NCBI GenBank assembly: GCA_963771355.1
Contig: CAVYTA010000004.1
Span: 1-64,000, forward strand
From: an uncultured Candidatus Rokubacteria bacterium
GTDB taxonomy: Bacteria; Methylomirabilota; Methylomirabilia; Rokubacteriales; CSP1-6
Reading direction: 5' to 3'
Length of the DNA: 64,000 nucleotides
In this document: one piece after another, positions 49,206 to 60,159 of the stretch
Layout of the letters: every line of letters begins with the position of its first letter
Numbering within the stretch: the first letter of the stretch is position 1
Made by a program: the position numbers and the translations under genes
Notes under the pieces: generated by a model
What the model saw: only the letters and a program-made list of their open reading frames with translations
Databases searched by the model: none
Told to the model about the DNA's origin: nothing

Positions 49206-50659
49206 GTGGTCTTCAATTCGTGGGAGTTCGCGCTGTTCTTCCCGGTGGTGTACCTGCTCTACCTGCTCCTGCCCACGCGCCGGCTCCAGAACCTCCTCCT
49301 GCTCGGCGCCAGCTACTACTTCTACGCCGCGTGGGACTGGCGCTTCCTGGGGCTCTTGCTGGGCTCGACCTCCCTCGACTACGTCTGCGCCCGCGCCATC
49401 GACGACGCGACGGACGAGCGGCGCCGGCGGATGTTCCTGGTGGCGAGCGTCATCGGCAACCTCACCGTGCTGGGCTTCTTCAAGTACTACGGGTTCTTCG
49501 TCGAGAGCATGAGACGACCTCCTCCGGCCGCTGGGACTCAGCAGCGAGGGCCTGCGCCTCGACATCGTCCTGCCCATCGGCGTCTCCTTCTATACGTTCC
49601 AGGAGATGTCCTACACCATCGACGTGTACCGGCGGGAGATCCGCGCGACGCGAAGCCTGCTGGACTTCGCGGTGTTCGTGGCGTTCTTCCCGCACATGGT
49701 GGCCGGCCCCATCCAGCGGGCGGCCAATCTCCTGCACCAGGTGGCGCGGCCGCGCCGCCTGACGCCGCGCCGCCTTCGTGAGCGGTGGCTGGCTGATCCT
49801 GTGGGGGCTGTGGAAGAAGATCGTGATCGCGGACAACCTCGCCCTCATCGCGGACCCCATCTTCGCGGGCTCGGCCACCGTCGCCGCCCTGCCCGCGTAT
49901 CTCGGCGTGGTGGCCTTTGCGTTCCAGATCTACTGCGACTTCTCCGCCTACTCGGACATCGCCCGCGGGGTCGCGCGGCTCCTCGGATTCGAGCTCATGC
50001 TGAACTTCAACCTCCCCTACTTCGCGACCAACCCCAGCGACTTCTGGAGGCGCTGGCACATCAGCCTGTCGAACTGGCTGCGGGACTACCTCTACATCCC
50101 GCTGGGCGGCAGCCGTGGGGGCGAAGCCAAAACCTACCGGAATCTCGGGCTCACCATGCTGCTGGGCGGCCTCTGGCACGGCGCGGCGTGGAACTACGTC
50201 TGGTGGGGCGCCTACCAGGGCGCGCTGCTCATCGGCCACCGGCTCCTGCGCGGGGAGCGGCCGCCGGCAAAACCGGGGACGGGCGGGGCCGGCTGGTGGC
50301 TGTCGGTGATCGTGATGTTCCACTTCACGCTCCTGGGCTGGCTCATCTTCCGCAGCACGCGACGCGTGTGGGTGGACGGCGTATCGCGGGACGATAGCTG
50401 GGCCCAGATAGTGGAGATGCTGTCGGCGTTCGGCAACGGGCTCGGCCTGGACGCAACCAGCCTGGAGCTCCTGGTGCGGGTGGCCGTGCTCTGCCTGCCG
50501 CTGATGATCGTGCAGTGGATCCAGTACCGGCTCCAGGACCATCTCGTCGTGCTGCGCCTGCCCCTGCTGGGCCGCGCGGCGGTGATTTCCATCTTGCTGC
50601 TGACCTGGCTGATCTGGGGAATTCAGGACGGTGAGAGCTTCATCTACTTCCAGTTCTGA
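49206..50659 (+). CDS. MBOAT O-acyltransferase (AlgI/PatA-like), frameshifted
   Basis: LPIGVSFYTFQ, FQIYCDFSAYSD, FWRRWHISLS, GLWHGA, FIYFQF. Confidence 0.9.
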
Positions 50660-51848
50660 GGGGCTGCGCGGGCAGGGGCGGCTCCCCACCCGGCGCCTGG
50701 CCGCCGCGCTGGCCTATGTCGGGTCGGGCGCGCGCCTATTCGCGCTGTCCCTCGCCTTCTTGCTCCTCCTGGGCGAGGTATACATGCGGCTGCCGTTCAT
50801 CCCGCAGCGGCTCGAGTACCGGCCGGATCGGGAGCTCGGGGGCGTGCTCCGTCCCGACCAGGTCGGCTATGTCTGGCTCGGCAACATGTCGCTCCAGAGT
50901 CCCCCCATCACCATCAACCGGGACGGACACCGGGGCCGCGATACGGACTGGTCGCGCCCGGTGATGCTCGTGGTGGGCGACTCCGAGTCCTTCGGCGCCG
51001 GAGTGGAGGACCCCGAGGTGTGGACGGCGCGACTGGAGAGTGCGCTTCGGCGCCGTCCCGAGCTCGCCGCGCTCCAGGTGGTGAACGCCTCCCATCCGGG
51101 CCACGGCCCCTATCATCAGGTCGTCTTCCTGCGCCGCGCGCTCGAGGCGCATCGCGTGGACGGCGTGCTCGTGCGGGTGGCGGTGGGCCAGCGGAACTTC
51201 CGGGTGCCGCCGCCCGCGGAGCTCGAGCGGGAGATCGCGACCGCCCAGTGGCGCGAGCGGCTGCGGAGCGTGACCAAGTTCGTCCCGTTCCTCTACAACA
51301 AGTTCGAGGCCCAGGTCCCGCGGATCCGCGCCGCCCTGGTGCCGGCGCCATTGAGGAAGCGGCCCGCTCCCGGCGGCGGCGACAGCTCCCCCGCGGCCGG
51401 CCGGGCGGCGTGGCGGGACGGGCGGGCCGCCTGGGAGGAGATGGCTCGCCTCACCGCCTGCGTCGACATCCCCATCACCTTCGTCGTTCATGACGCGACG
51501 GGTCGCCCGGCCGCCGCCGCGCTGACCGAGAGCCTCGGCGGACTCGTGGACGCCGGCGGCCGGGTCCACGTGATCCGGCTGGGTCCCGAAGCCTTCGGGC
51601 TGGGGAAGCGGGAAGGGGCGGAGGCGCGCCAGCTCCTCCGGGAGACCCTGACGTTGGGACGCGATCCCCACGCGAACCCCCGGCAGCATCAGCTCATCGC
51701 CGATGCGCTGACCACCGGACTCGAGGCGGCCGGGGTGACGGCGCGACTCGGCCACCGGGCCGCGCCGCGCGGCGCCGCGCCGGCGGTCGCCGGCGCTGAC
51801 CCCACCGCCCGGCCTGATTGCCTGCGCCCGGCCGCGGCGGCCCGCTGA
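50631..51848 (+). CDS. SGNH/GDSL hydrolase-like protein (start uncertain)
   Basis: N-terminal TM; VGDSESFG, VNASHPG, DPHAN. Confidence 0.7.
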   Translation: MRASSTSSSEGLRGQGRLPTRRLAAALAYVGSGARLFALSLAFLLLLGEVYMRLPFIPQRLEYRPDRELGGVLRPDQVGYVWLGNMSLQSPPITINRDGHRGRDTDWSRPVMLVVGDSESFGAGVEDPEVWTARLESALRRRPELAALQVVNASHPGHGPYHQVVFLRRALEAHRVDGVLVRVAVGQRNFRVPPPAELEREIATAQWRERLRSVTKFVPFLYNKFEAQVPRIRAALVPAPLRKRPAPGGGDSSPAAGRAAWRDGRAAWEEMARLTACVDIPITFVVHDATGRPAAAALTESLGGLVDAGGRVHVIRLGPEAFGLGKREGAEARQLLRETLTLGRDPHANPRQHQLIADALTTGLEAAGVTARLGHRAAPRGAAPAVAGADPTARPDCLRPAAAAR

Positions 51849-51940
51849 GCCTGCCGCCCGGAGGCGGGCCGCACTTGGCTCTCGTGATAATCTAAGGTGT
51901 CCGGCCCTCGAACATCCGTCTTCTCCCAGGAGGTTGTGTC

Positions 51941-53848
51941 GTGATCAGCACCATGCGCGAATACTTCAGGGGGCTGAAGTTCGTCCTCCTGCTCGTCATC
52001 GTCGCCTTCGTCGCCACCTCGGTGGTCTACTTCGGCACCGGCTCCATGAGCGGCGGGGTCAGCGACCACGCGGTGGCCACCGTGAACGGCGAGGAGATCC
52101 CGGTGGAGCGCTTCCGCCGCGCCTATTCCAGCTACATCGAGTTCTACCGGCAGATCTACAAGGACCGCCTGACCCCCGAGATGGCGGAACGTCTCGGCGT
52201 CACCCAGCAGGTGATCAACGAGCTCGTCCAGGACGCGCTCATCACGCAGCAGGCCAAGCGCGAGGGAGTGACGGTGACGGACGAGGAGGTGCGCGCCCGC
52301 ATCCAGCAGGTGCGCGCCTTCCAGGACGAGGGGCGCTTCTCACGCGAGCGCTATCTCAGCGTGCTGAAGCAGGTGCGCATCGACCCCGCGGACTTCGAGG
52401 CCGATCAGCGGCGTGACCTCGTCCGCCGGAAGATGGAAGGCCTGGTGCGCGAGGGGGTGAAGGTGACGCCCGACGAGCTGCAGCAGGCCTATTCCTTCCG
52501 CCGTGATCGGGTGCGCGCGGCCTGGGCGGGAGTGGAGGCGGTCCCGTTCATGGCGCGGGTCACGGTGGCCGATGCCGACCTCGAGCCCTATCTCAAGGCG
52601 CATCAGGCGCAGTTCACCCGGCCGGAGCGGCGCAAGATCCAGTATGCGCTCGTCAACACCCGGGCCTTCGCGGAACCCGTGTCCGACGCGGCGGCGGAGA
52701 AGTACTACACCGAGCATTCCGCGGAGTTCGAGAAGCCGCGCCGCCTCCGCGCCTCGCATGTGCTCGTCCGGGTGCCCTCGGTGGGCGGCAGCGAGGCGGA
52801 GGACAAGTCGCGGGCCAAGGCGGAGGACGTGATCCGGCGCGCCAAGGCCGGCGAGGACTTCGCCAAGCTGGCGCGCGAGACCTCCGAGGATACCGCCACC
52901 GCGCCCCAGGGCGGGGATCTCGGCTTCGTGGGCCCCGGTGAGATGGTGCCGCAGTTCGAGCAGGCGGTGTTCGCCTTGAAGAAGGGCGAGATCACGGCGG
53001 CGCCGGTGCGCACCCCCTTCGGCTACCACGCCATCAAGGTGTTCGACGCACAGGAGGGCGGCCGCTCGCCGTTCAAGGACGTGGCGCCCAAGATCAAGGA
53101 GAAGCTCCTCGCGGAGCGCAGCGAGCGCGCCGCCGCCGCGAAGGTCGAGGAGATCAAGGCGCCGCTGCAGGCGGCCAAGGAGTTCCCGGCCGAGGCGCGG
53201 AGGCTCGGCGTCGAGGTTCGCGAGGCGACCATGGCCCGCGGCGACGGGCTCGAGGGCATCGGCCGTGACGCCCCCCTCGAGGAGGCGGTGTTCCTTCTCG
53301 CCCCGGGCGGGGTGTCGGGCGCGCTCAAGACCCCCTCGGGCTACGCGCTGGTCAAGGTCCAGGAGGTGCTGCCGGCGGGCGTCCCCCCCCTTGCCGACAT
53401 CCGGAGCGAGGTGACCGAGGCCATCAAGCGCGAGCGCGCGGATGCGCTCGCGATGGAAAAGGCCAAGGCCCTGGCCGCGGCGGCGCGGGAGGGCGACCTC
53501 ACCGCGGTGGCGAAGAAGGAAGGGGTCAACAGCGGTGAGACCGGCTTCTTCTCGCGAGCGGAGCCGCCTCGCGACCGGACCTCGCTGCCGGGAACGGTGC
53601 TGGTGGCCGCGCTCCAGACCCCGACCGGCCAGGTGGCCGACCCGGTCAAGACTCCGGCCGGCGTCTACGTGGTGAAATCGCTGGAGCGCCAGCCCGCCGA
53701 TCCCCGCGCCTTCGACCTCGAGCGCGAGGAGCTGGCGAAGCAGGTGCTGGAGCAGAAGCGCACCCAGGCGTGGGAGGCGTGGATGCGCGCGCTCGGCCAG
53801 TCGGCCAAGATCGAGATGGGCGGTCCGGTAGCGGGGGCGGGTCGATAG
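51941..53848 (+). CDS. ppiD: PpiD/SurA-type parvulin chaperone
   Basis: N-terminal TM, SurA_N, ASHVL, GGDLG, TPFGYH. Confidence 0.85.
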   Translation: MISTMREYFRGLKFVLLLVIVAFVATSVVYFGTGSMSGGVSDHAVATVNGEEIPVERFRRAYSSYIEFYRQIYKDRLTPEMAERLGVTQQVINELVQDALITQQAKREGVTVTDEEVRARIQQVRAFQDEGRFSRERYLSVLKQVRIDPADFEADQRRDLVRRKMEGLVREGVKVTPDELQQAYSFRRDRVRAAWAGVEAVPFMARVTVADADLEPYLKAHQAQFTRPERRKIQYALVNTRAFAEPVSDAAAEKYYTEHSAEFEKPRRLRASHVLVRVPSVGGSEAEDKSRAKAEDVIRRAKAGEDFAKLARETSEDTATAPQGGDLGFVGPGEMVPQFEQAVFALKKGEITAAPVRTPFGYHAIKVFDAQEGGRSPFKDVAPKIKEKLLAERSERAAAAKVEEIKAPLQAAKEFPAEARRLGVEVREATMARGDGLEGIGRDAPLEEAVFLLAPGGVSGALKTPSGYALVKVQEVLPAGVPPLADIRSEVTEAIKRERADALAMEKAKALAAAAREGDLTAVAKKEGVNSGETGFFSRAEPPRDRTSLPGTVLVAALQTPTGQVADPVKTPAGVYVVKSLERQPADPRAFDLEREELAKQVLEQKRTQAWEAWMRALGQSAKIEMGGPVAGAGR

Positions 53849-54435
53849 CCCCCGGCGCCATCGAGGGGGCCGCGCTCCTCGTCATCGACGCCCAGCAGGA
53901 GTACTTCGCGCCCATCGGCAAGGTGGTGCTGCCGGGCGGACCGGCCGCGGTGGCGCGCATCGCGCGCCTGCTGGAATGGGCGCGGGCGACGCGCGTGCCC
54001 GTCTTCCACATCGTCCATGAGAGTCGCAAGCCGGGCGCGCAGATCTTCGCCCCGGGCTCCCCCGCGCTGGCGGTGCACCCGCTGGCGGCGCCTCGGGAAG
54101 GGGAGCCGGTGATCCAGAAGCACCTCCCCGGCTCCTTCACCGGCACGCGGCTCGAGGCGGAGCTGCGCGAGCGTGGGATCGAGCGGGTCATCGTGTCCGG
54201 CTTCATGACCCAGATGTGCTGCGACACGACCGCGCGCGAGGCGGCGCATCGCGGATTCTCGGTCACCATGCTGTCGGACGCCACCGCGGCGATGGACGTC
54301 AAGGGGCCGGACGGCGTGGTCATTCCCCATGACGTGGTCCATCGCACCCACCTCGGCAGCCTGAACGGCTTTCTCGCCGAGGTGCGGTCGAGCGCGGACG
54401 TGATCGGCTCAGAGCAGGGCTCAAAGCAGGGCTGA
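53770..54435 (+). CDS. isochorismatase-family cysteine hydrolase (true start probably near 53845)
   Basis: LLVIDAQ, K..PGSF, GFMTQMCC. Confidence 0.85.
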   Translation: MGGVDARARPVGQDRDGRSGSGGGSIAPGAIEGAALLVIDAQQEYFAPIGKVVLPGGPAAVARIARLLEWARATRVPVFHIVHESRKPGAQIFAPGSPALAVHPLAAPREGEPVIQKHLPGSFTGTRLEAELRERGIERVIVSGFMTQMCCDTTAREAAHRGFSVTMLSDATAAMDVKGPDGVVIPHDVVHRTHLGSLNGFLAEVRSSADVIGSEQGSKQG

Positions 54436-54462
54436 GCGCGGGCCGCGCAGGGCGTCGCCGGC

Positions 54463-54936
54463 GTGATCGAGATCGTCCATCCCGTGCTTCCCGTTCCCGG
54501 TCGGCTCTTCGCCGGTCCGCGCCCGGATCCGCCCTTCGCCGCCGCGGCGGCGCGGCTGCGCGAGGGGGGCATCACCACGGTGGTCTCGCTGCTCGGAGAG
54601 GACGAGCTGCCGCCCGGGCTCGTGCGCGCGTACGGTGACGCCGGGCTCACCCTTCGCCGGTTTCCCATCGCCGACTTCGGCGTCCCCACGGATGCCGCGG
54701 CCTTCCGGTCCTTCCTGGAGCGCATGCTGGTGGACCTGCGCGCCGGCGAGGGGATTTACGTGCATTGCGCCATGGGCCGCGGGCGCACCGGAACGGCGGT
54801 GGCCTGCCTCCTCGCGCTGGCCGGTGCCGAGGGAGATCCGGTGGCGCTGACGCGGGTGCTCTATCGACGCGACACGGTGGAAACGGCGGGGCAGCGCGCC
54901 TTCGTGGCCGGGTTCCGGGCGCGGGAGGAAGGCTAG
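54463..54936 (+). CDS. protein-tyrosine/dual-specificity phosphatase
   Basis: IADFGVP, HCAMGRGRTG, ET..Q. Confidence 0.85.
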   Translation: MIEIVHPVLPVPGRLFAGPRPDPPFAAAAARLREGGITTVVSLLGEDELPPGLVRAYGDAGLTLRRFPIADFGVPTDAAAFRSFLERMLVDLRAGEGIYVHCAMGRGRTGTAVACLLALAGAEGDPVALTRVLYRRDTVETAGQRAFVAGFRAREEG

Positions 54937-57900
54937 CGGGAATCGGTCTCGGGGCGGCGCGCGCCGAAGCGGCTTGCGCCCCAGGCCAGCCGTCCGGCGA
55001 GCGCACGCTTCCAGCGCGGGAAGCGGATGCCGGCGAAGGCGCGCAGCCCGCGCATGTCGTCGAAGGTCGAGTAGATCACCGGCGTGATGAGGAGCGTCAC
55101 CACCAGGCAGAGCAGCTGGCCCCCCACCACCACGGTGGCCAGCGAGGCGCGCGACGCGGAGCCGTCGCCCCGCCCCAGCGCCACCGGCAGCATGCCGGCC
55201 ACGATGGCGAGCGTGGTCATGAGGATGGGCCGGAGCCGCGCGCGGTCGGCCTCCATCTGGGCCTGGTCCCTCGGCATGCCGCGCTCGCGAAGGACGTTGG
55301 TGTAGTCCACCTGCAGGATGGCGTTCTTCTTGACCACCCCCATGAGCAGGAAGAGCCCCATGATGGAGTAGATGTTGAGCGTCTTGTCCAGGAGCTTCAG
55401 GGTCAGGATCCCGAAGGGAATGGACAGGAACATCGAGACCATGATGGTGAGCGGGTGGACGAAGGACTCGAACTGCGCGGCGAGCACGATGTAGATGAAG
55501 CAGAGCGAGAGCACGAAGGCGACGACGAAGTTCGCGAGCGCCTCCTGGAGCAGCTTCCCCCGGCCGGTGACGAGGATGCCGTACTCCGGGGGCAAGTGCT
55601 GGGCGGCCACCGCGGCGAAGGCCTCCTTGTACGCCTCCGCGAGGGGCTTTTCGGGCAGCAGGTTCGAGACGATGGTCATGGAGCGCTCCTGCGCGTAGCG
55701 CTCGATCTGGCCCGGGCTCATGCCCGCGCCCACCGTGGTCACGTTGGAGAGCTTGACCAGCGAGCCGTTGCCCGCCGGCACCATGAGGGCCGGCAGCCCG
55801 GAGGCGTCCTTCCGATAGCCCTCGTCCAGGCGGAGCCGGATGTCGTACTGCTCGCCGGCTTCCCGGTAGAAGCCGACCTTCTCCCCGCCCACCATGGTCC
55901 GCAGCGCGGTGGCCACCGCGTCCATCCGCACTCCCAGGTCGGAGGCCTTGTTGCGGTCGATCTGCACCTGCACCTCGGGCTGGCGGAGGGACTGGGCGGT
56001 GTCGAGATCCACGAAGCCGGGCTTGGTCTTCAGCACGCCGATCACACCCTGGGCGTGGCGCTCGAGCTGGGCGAGCTCGGGCCCGCGCAGGATGAGGTTG
56101 AACTGCGTCTGCCGGAAGCCGCCGCCGCTGATCAGGCTGATGTTCTGCACGCTGACGCGCATCCCGGGGAACGCGGCCAGCCGCTGGCGCACGTCGTTCA
56201 TGAGCTCGAGCTGGATCCGCTTCCGCTGCGACAGATGCTTGAGCCCCACGTAGATCGAGATGTCGGTGACGTTGGACTGGTACTGGCCGCGCACCCCGAT
56301 GGTGGTGAAGAGCGTCAGCACCTCGGGCACCTTCCGGATCTCCTCCTCCATGGCGCGGCTGAGAGTCGCGCTCCGCTCGATGGACGAGCCCGGCGGCGCC
56401 TCCGCCACCACCTCGAACTCGCTCATGTCGTCGTCCACCACGAACTCGAGCTTGGAGGAGGTGATGAGGAACCAGCCGCCCACCATGATGGCGCCCAGGG
56501 CGAGAAAGCAGATCGCGCGATGCCGCAGGCACCAGCCGAGCGCCGTCTCGTAGGCGACCTCCAGCCGGTGGTAGAAGCCGGCGGACTTGGAGGTCGCATG
56601 CCCCGCCGGCCCGCCGTCGCGGTGCGGGCCCATTCCGGAGAAGACACGGGCCGCGAGCATCGGGGTGAGGGTGAAGGCCACCACCAGCGAGACCATGATG
56701 GCGAAGGCGGCGGTGAGGCCGAAGGAGTTCCAGAACTTGCCCACCAGTCCGCCCATGAAGGCCACCGGCAGGAAGATCACCACCAGGGACACGGTGGTGG
56801 CGGTGACGGCCAGGGAGATTTCCCGGGTGCCGGTGATGGCGGCCTCGAAGGGGGGGCGCCGCTCCTCCTCCGTGTGCCGGAAGATGTTCTCCAGCACGAT
56901 GATGGCGTCGTCGATGACGATGCCGGTGGAGAGCGACAGCCCCAGCATGGTGAGGTTGTTCAGCGTGAAGCCGGCCATCCGCATGGCGGTGAAGGTGGCG
57001 ATGATCGACACCGGGATGGCCAGAGCGGCCACGAACGCGGGCCGCAGCTTCTTCACCGAAAAGAAGAAGACCATGGTGACCACGATGCACACGCCGGTCA
57101 CCTTGAGGAGGAACTCGGGGTCGCCCTGGAGGAAGGCGGCGCTCACCGCCGCGATGACCGCCACCAGGACCAGGCTCTCGTACCAGAGGAGACGGCCGAT
57201 GAAGAAGGCCACGATGAGGCTGGCGAGCAGGCCCCCGAGGAGCAGGTGGTCCTGCACCTCGTGGAAGGAGCGCTTGATGAAGCGCGAGAGATCGCGAACG
57301 ATCTCGAACTGGATGTCCTGGGGCAGGCCCTTCTGCACCTCGGCCAGCCGCGCCTTGATCCGGTCCACCACCGCCACGGTATTGGTGCCGGACTGCTTGC
57401 GGATGAGGAGGGACACCGCGTTGTTACCGTTGAGGCGCGACAGCGTGCGCGGCTCTTCCTCGGCGTCCCGGATGGTGGCCACGTCGCGCGCGCGGACCGG
57501 ACTGCCCTTGGCGTCGGCGACGATGAGGTCCTCGAACGCCGCCACCGACTCGATGCGGCCCAGGGTGCGCAGGCCTTCCTCGTTACCGCCCGCGGTGAGG
57601 CGGCCGCCCGGGATCTCCACGTTCTGACGCAGGAGGGCGTCCTTCACCTGCTGGATGGACAGCCCGAAGGCGGAGAGCTTGTCCGGGTTGACGAGGATCT
57701 GGATCTCCCGCTTCCGGTCGCCCACCAGGGTGATGGCGCCCACGTCCTTGACCGTCTCCAGCGCCCGCTTGATGCGCTTGTCGGCGATCTCGGTGATCTC
57801 GCGCGCGGAGCGCTGGCCCGAGACGACGAGGGCCATCACGGGGGCCGAGTCGGGATCCACCTTCTCGACGATGGGCGACTCCGTGCCCGCGGGCAGGCGC

Positions 57901-58250
57901 GAGAGCACCGTCCCCACCTTCTCGCGCACGTCGTTGGCCGCCTCCTGGACGTTGCGCTCGAGCACGAAGGTGGCGAACACCTGCGACTGCCCCTCGATGG
58001 TGGAGGAGCGCAGCTCGTCCAGGCCGCTGATGGTGTTGACGACCTCCTCGATGGGCTTGGTGACCTGGCTCTCGATCTCCTCGGGAGAGGCGCCGGGGAG
58101 GAGGGTGGTGATGGTGATGGTGGGCAGATCCACCTTGGGGAAGATGTCGACTCCCAGCTGGACGAAGGAGGCGAGTCCCAGCACCACCATGGTGGCGATC
58201 ACCATGGTGGTGAACACCGGGCGGCGGACGAAGACTTCGAGGAAGCCCAT
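54933..58250 (-). CDS. RND efflux permease (AcrB/MdtB-like)
   Basis: GIVIDDAII, VKKNAIL, RLRPILMTT. Confidence 0.93.
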   Translation of the reverse strand: MGFLEVFVRRPVFTTMVIATMVVLGLASFVQLGVDIFPKVDLPTITITTLLPGASPEEIESQVTKPIEEVVNTISGLDELRSSTIEGQSQVFATFVLERNVQEAANDVREKVGTVLSRLPAGTESPIVEKVDPDSAPVMALVVSGQRSAREITEIADKRIKRALETVKDVGAITLVGDRKREIQILVNPDKLSAFGLSIQQVKDALLRQNVEIPGGRLTAGGNEEGLRTLGRIESVAAFEDLIVADAKGSPVRARDVATIRDAEEEPRTLSRLNGNNAVSLLIRKQSGTNTVAVVDRIKARLAEVQKGLPQDIQFEIVRDLSRFIKRSFHEVQDHLLLGGLLASLIVAFFIGRLLWYESLVLVAVIAAVSAAFLQGDPEFLLKVTGVCIVVTMVFFFSVKKLRPAFVAALAIPVSIIATFTAMRMAGFTLNNLTMLGLSLSTGIVIDDAIIVLENIFRHTEEERRPPFEAAITGTREISLAVTATTVSLVVIFLPVAFMGGLVGKFWNSFGLTAAFAIMVSLVVAFTLTPMLAARVFSGMGPHRDGGPAGHATSKSAGFYHRLEVAYETALGWCLRHRAICFLALGAIMVGGWFLITSSKLEFVVDDDMSEFEVVAEAPPGSSIERSATLSRAMEEEIRKVPEVLTLFTTIGVRGQYQSNVTDISIYVGLKHLSQRKRIQLELMNDVRQRLAAFPGMRVSVQNISLISGGGFRQTQFNLILRGPELAQLERHAQGVIGVLKTKPGFVDLDTAQSLRQPEVQVQIDRNKASDLGVRMDAVATALRTMVGGEKVGFYREAGEQYDIRLRLDEGYRKDASGLPALMVPAGNGSLVKLSNVTTVGAGMSPGQIERYAQERSMTIVSNLLPEKPLAEAYKEAFAAVAAQHLPPEYGILVTGRGKLLQEALANFVVAFVLSLCFIYIVLAAQFESFVHPLTIMVSMFLSIPFGILTLKLLDKTLNIYSIMGLFLLMGVVKKNAILQVDYTNVLRERGMPRDQAQMEADRARLRPILMTTLAIVAGMLPVALGRGDGSASRASLATVVVGGQLLCLVVTLLITPVIYSTFDDMRGLRAFAGIRFPRWKRALAGRLAWGASRFGARRPETDSR

Positions 58251-59590
58251 CAGCGGACGGGCGGAGTCTTGGGCAAGGGAGCGGAGCCGTTCCCCAGGAT
58301 GATGGGCGCGCCGTTGAAGAGCTGCGACAGATTCGTGATCGCCACCGTCTCACCGGGCTTCACCCCATCGAGAATCTCGACCAGCGCGCCCTGACGAGAG
58401 CCCGCCCGGACGATGCGCTCCGCGACCTTGCCCTCGCTCACCACGAAGACCTTGCTGACCCCCACGAAGTAGACCACCGCCTCCGCGGGCACGAAGGCGG
58501 CGACCGCGTCCAGCCTGGTCAGGGCCACCCCCTTGGCGAAGAAGCCGGGCCGCAGCCGGTTGTCGCCGTTGGCCACGCGCCCCTCGAGGGCGAGGCTGCG
58601 CGTCTGCACCTCCACCGCGGGTGAGAGCCGCGTCACCTGGCCGGTGAAGGTCTGCCCCGGGTAGGCCTCCACCGACAGCTCCAGGCGCTGGCCCACCTTG
58701 AGCTCGGGCGCGAAGCGCTCCGGCACCGTCCCCGTGTACTTGAGCGGGTCCAGCGCCACCAGCGAGAAGACCGGCGTGTTCTCCTTCACGTACTCGCCCG
58801 CATTCACGTGCCGCTTGGCGATCTGTCCCGCGAAGGGCGCGCGAATGGTGGTGTCGCCGAGCCGCTTGCGCATGATGCCGAGCATGGCGTCACGGCGCGC
58901 GACCTCGGCCTCCGCCACCCGGAGGGCGGCGCGATCGGAATCCAGCTGGGCCTCGGCGATGCGCACGTGGTCGGGGTGGAGGCTGCGCACGTTCATCGCC
59001 ACCTGGAGCTGGGCCAGCGCGGTGTTGTACCCGTTGCGTGCGCTGTCCACGTCGCGCTTGGCGATGAACTCCCGGCGGAAGAGCTCCTGGGTGCGGTCGA
59101 GCTCGGACTTGGCCCACTCCACCTGCGACTGGTTGCGCGCCACCTCGGCGTCCAGCGCGGAGAGCCCGTCGCGCGAGCGCCGCAGCGAGGCCTCGCTGGA
59201 GGCCACGGTGGCCTGGGCGCGCGCATACGACTGGCGCGCGGAGAGGAGATCGGCCTCGGTCTGCTCCACCGAGAACTGGAACTCGCGGGCGTCGTACTCG
59301 GCCAGGATCTTGCCCGCGGTGACCGCGTCGCCCAGATCCACCAGCAGCTTGGCGATGGTGCCGGGCTGCTCCGTCTTGACCACGGTCTCCTGCCAGGCCA
59401 CCACGCTGCCCACCGTCTCCACCGTTCGCTGCACCGGACGGGATTCGGCCCTCGCCACCGTGATCGGCAGCGGCTTGATGGCGGCCGCGCCCTTCGGCGG
59501 GGTGGGCGCCTGCGCGTCGGACTTGCTGCAGGCGGTGGCGGGGAGGACGGTGAGGGCAATCAGCGCGACTACGGCGAGGCCGGGGTGCAT
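58250..59590 (-). CDS. RND periplasmic adaptor (MFP), lipoprotein
   Basis: Lipobox ATAC, long helical hairpin, IRAPFAG, LRPGFF. Confidence 0.9.
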   Translation of the reverse strand: MHPGLAVVALIALTVLPATACSKSDAQAPTPPKGAAAIKPLPITVARAESRPVQRTVETVGSVVAWQETVVKTEQPGTIAKLLVDLGDAVTAGKILAEYDAREFQFSVEQTEADLLSARQSYARAQATVASSEASLRRSRDGLSALDAEVARNQSQVEWAKSELDRTQELFRREFIAKRDVDSARNGYNTALAQLQVAMNVRSLHPDHVRIAEAQLDSDRAALRVAEAEVARRDAMLGIMRKRLGDTTIRAPFAGQIAKRHVNAGEYVKENTPVFSLVALDPLKYTGTVPERFAPELKVGQRLELSVEAYPGQTFTGQVTRLSPAVEVQTRSLALEGRVANGDNRLRPGFFAKGVALTRLDAVAAFVPAEAVVYFVGVSKVFVVSEGKVAERIVRAGSRQGALVEILDGVKPGETVAITNLSQLFNGAPIILGNGSAPLPKTPPVR

Positions 59591-59670
59591 GAGGCCACAA
59601 GTCTACCCCAGGTGGCATCGCCCCGCGAGCGCTCGACCCCGGCGCCGTCGTGTCGTAACATACTGACCAT

Positions 59671-60159
59671 ATGGCGATTCAGCGCACTCCGATGACCAGT
59701 CCCGGCCATGAGCGCCTCAAGGCGGAGCTCGAGCGGCTCAAGCGCGTCGAGCGGCCCGCGATCACGAAGGCCATCGCGGAGGCGCGGGCTCATGGCGACC
59801 TGTCCGAGAACGCGGAGTACCACGCGGCCCGCGAGAAGCAGGGGATGACCGAGGCGCGCATCAAGGATCTCGAGGCCATGCTCGGCACCGCGGAGGTCAT
59901 CAACCCGCCCACCTCGGGAGACCGGATCACCTTCGGCTCCACCGTCCGGCTCGAGGACGAGTCCGGCAAGGAAGTGGTCTATCAGATCGTCGGCTCGGAG
60001 GAGTCGGACCCCGCGCACGGGCGCATCTCCATCCTGGCGCCGCTGGCCCGGACCCTCATCGGGAAGAAGGTCGGCGACACCGTGACGGTGCAGCTGCCCG
60101 CCGGCAAGAAGACCTTCCACATCCTCGCGGCGAATTTCTCCTTGCCGTCGACGGAGTAG
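59671..60159 (+). CDS. greA: transcription elongation factor GreA
   Basis: [14 protein letters not shown]. Confidence 0.96.
   Translation: MAIQRTPMTSPGHERLKAELERLKRVERPAITKAIAEARAHGDLSENAEYHAAREKQGMTEARIKDLEAMLGTAEVINPPTSGDRITFGSTVRLEDESGKEVVYQIVGSEESDPAHGRISILAPLARTLIGKKVGDTVTVQLPAGKKTFHILAANFSLPSTE

Noticed and set aside
45149..49216. 1355-aa minus-strand ORF
   Set aside because: Antisense shadow of trmI, the NCS2 permease and the hydrolase in high-GC DNA
54765..58394. 1209-aa plus-strand ORF
   Set aside because: Antisense shadow of the RND permease
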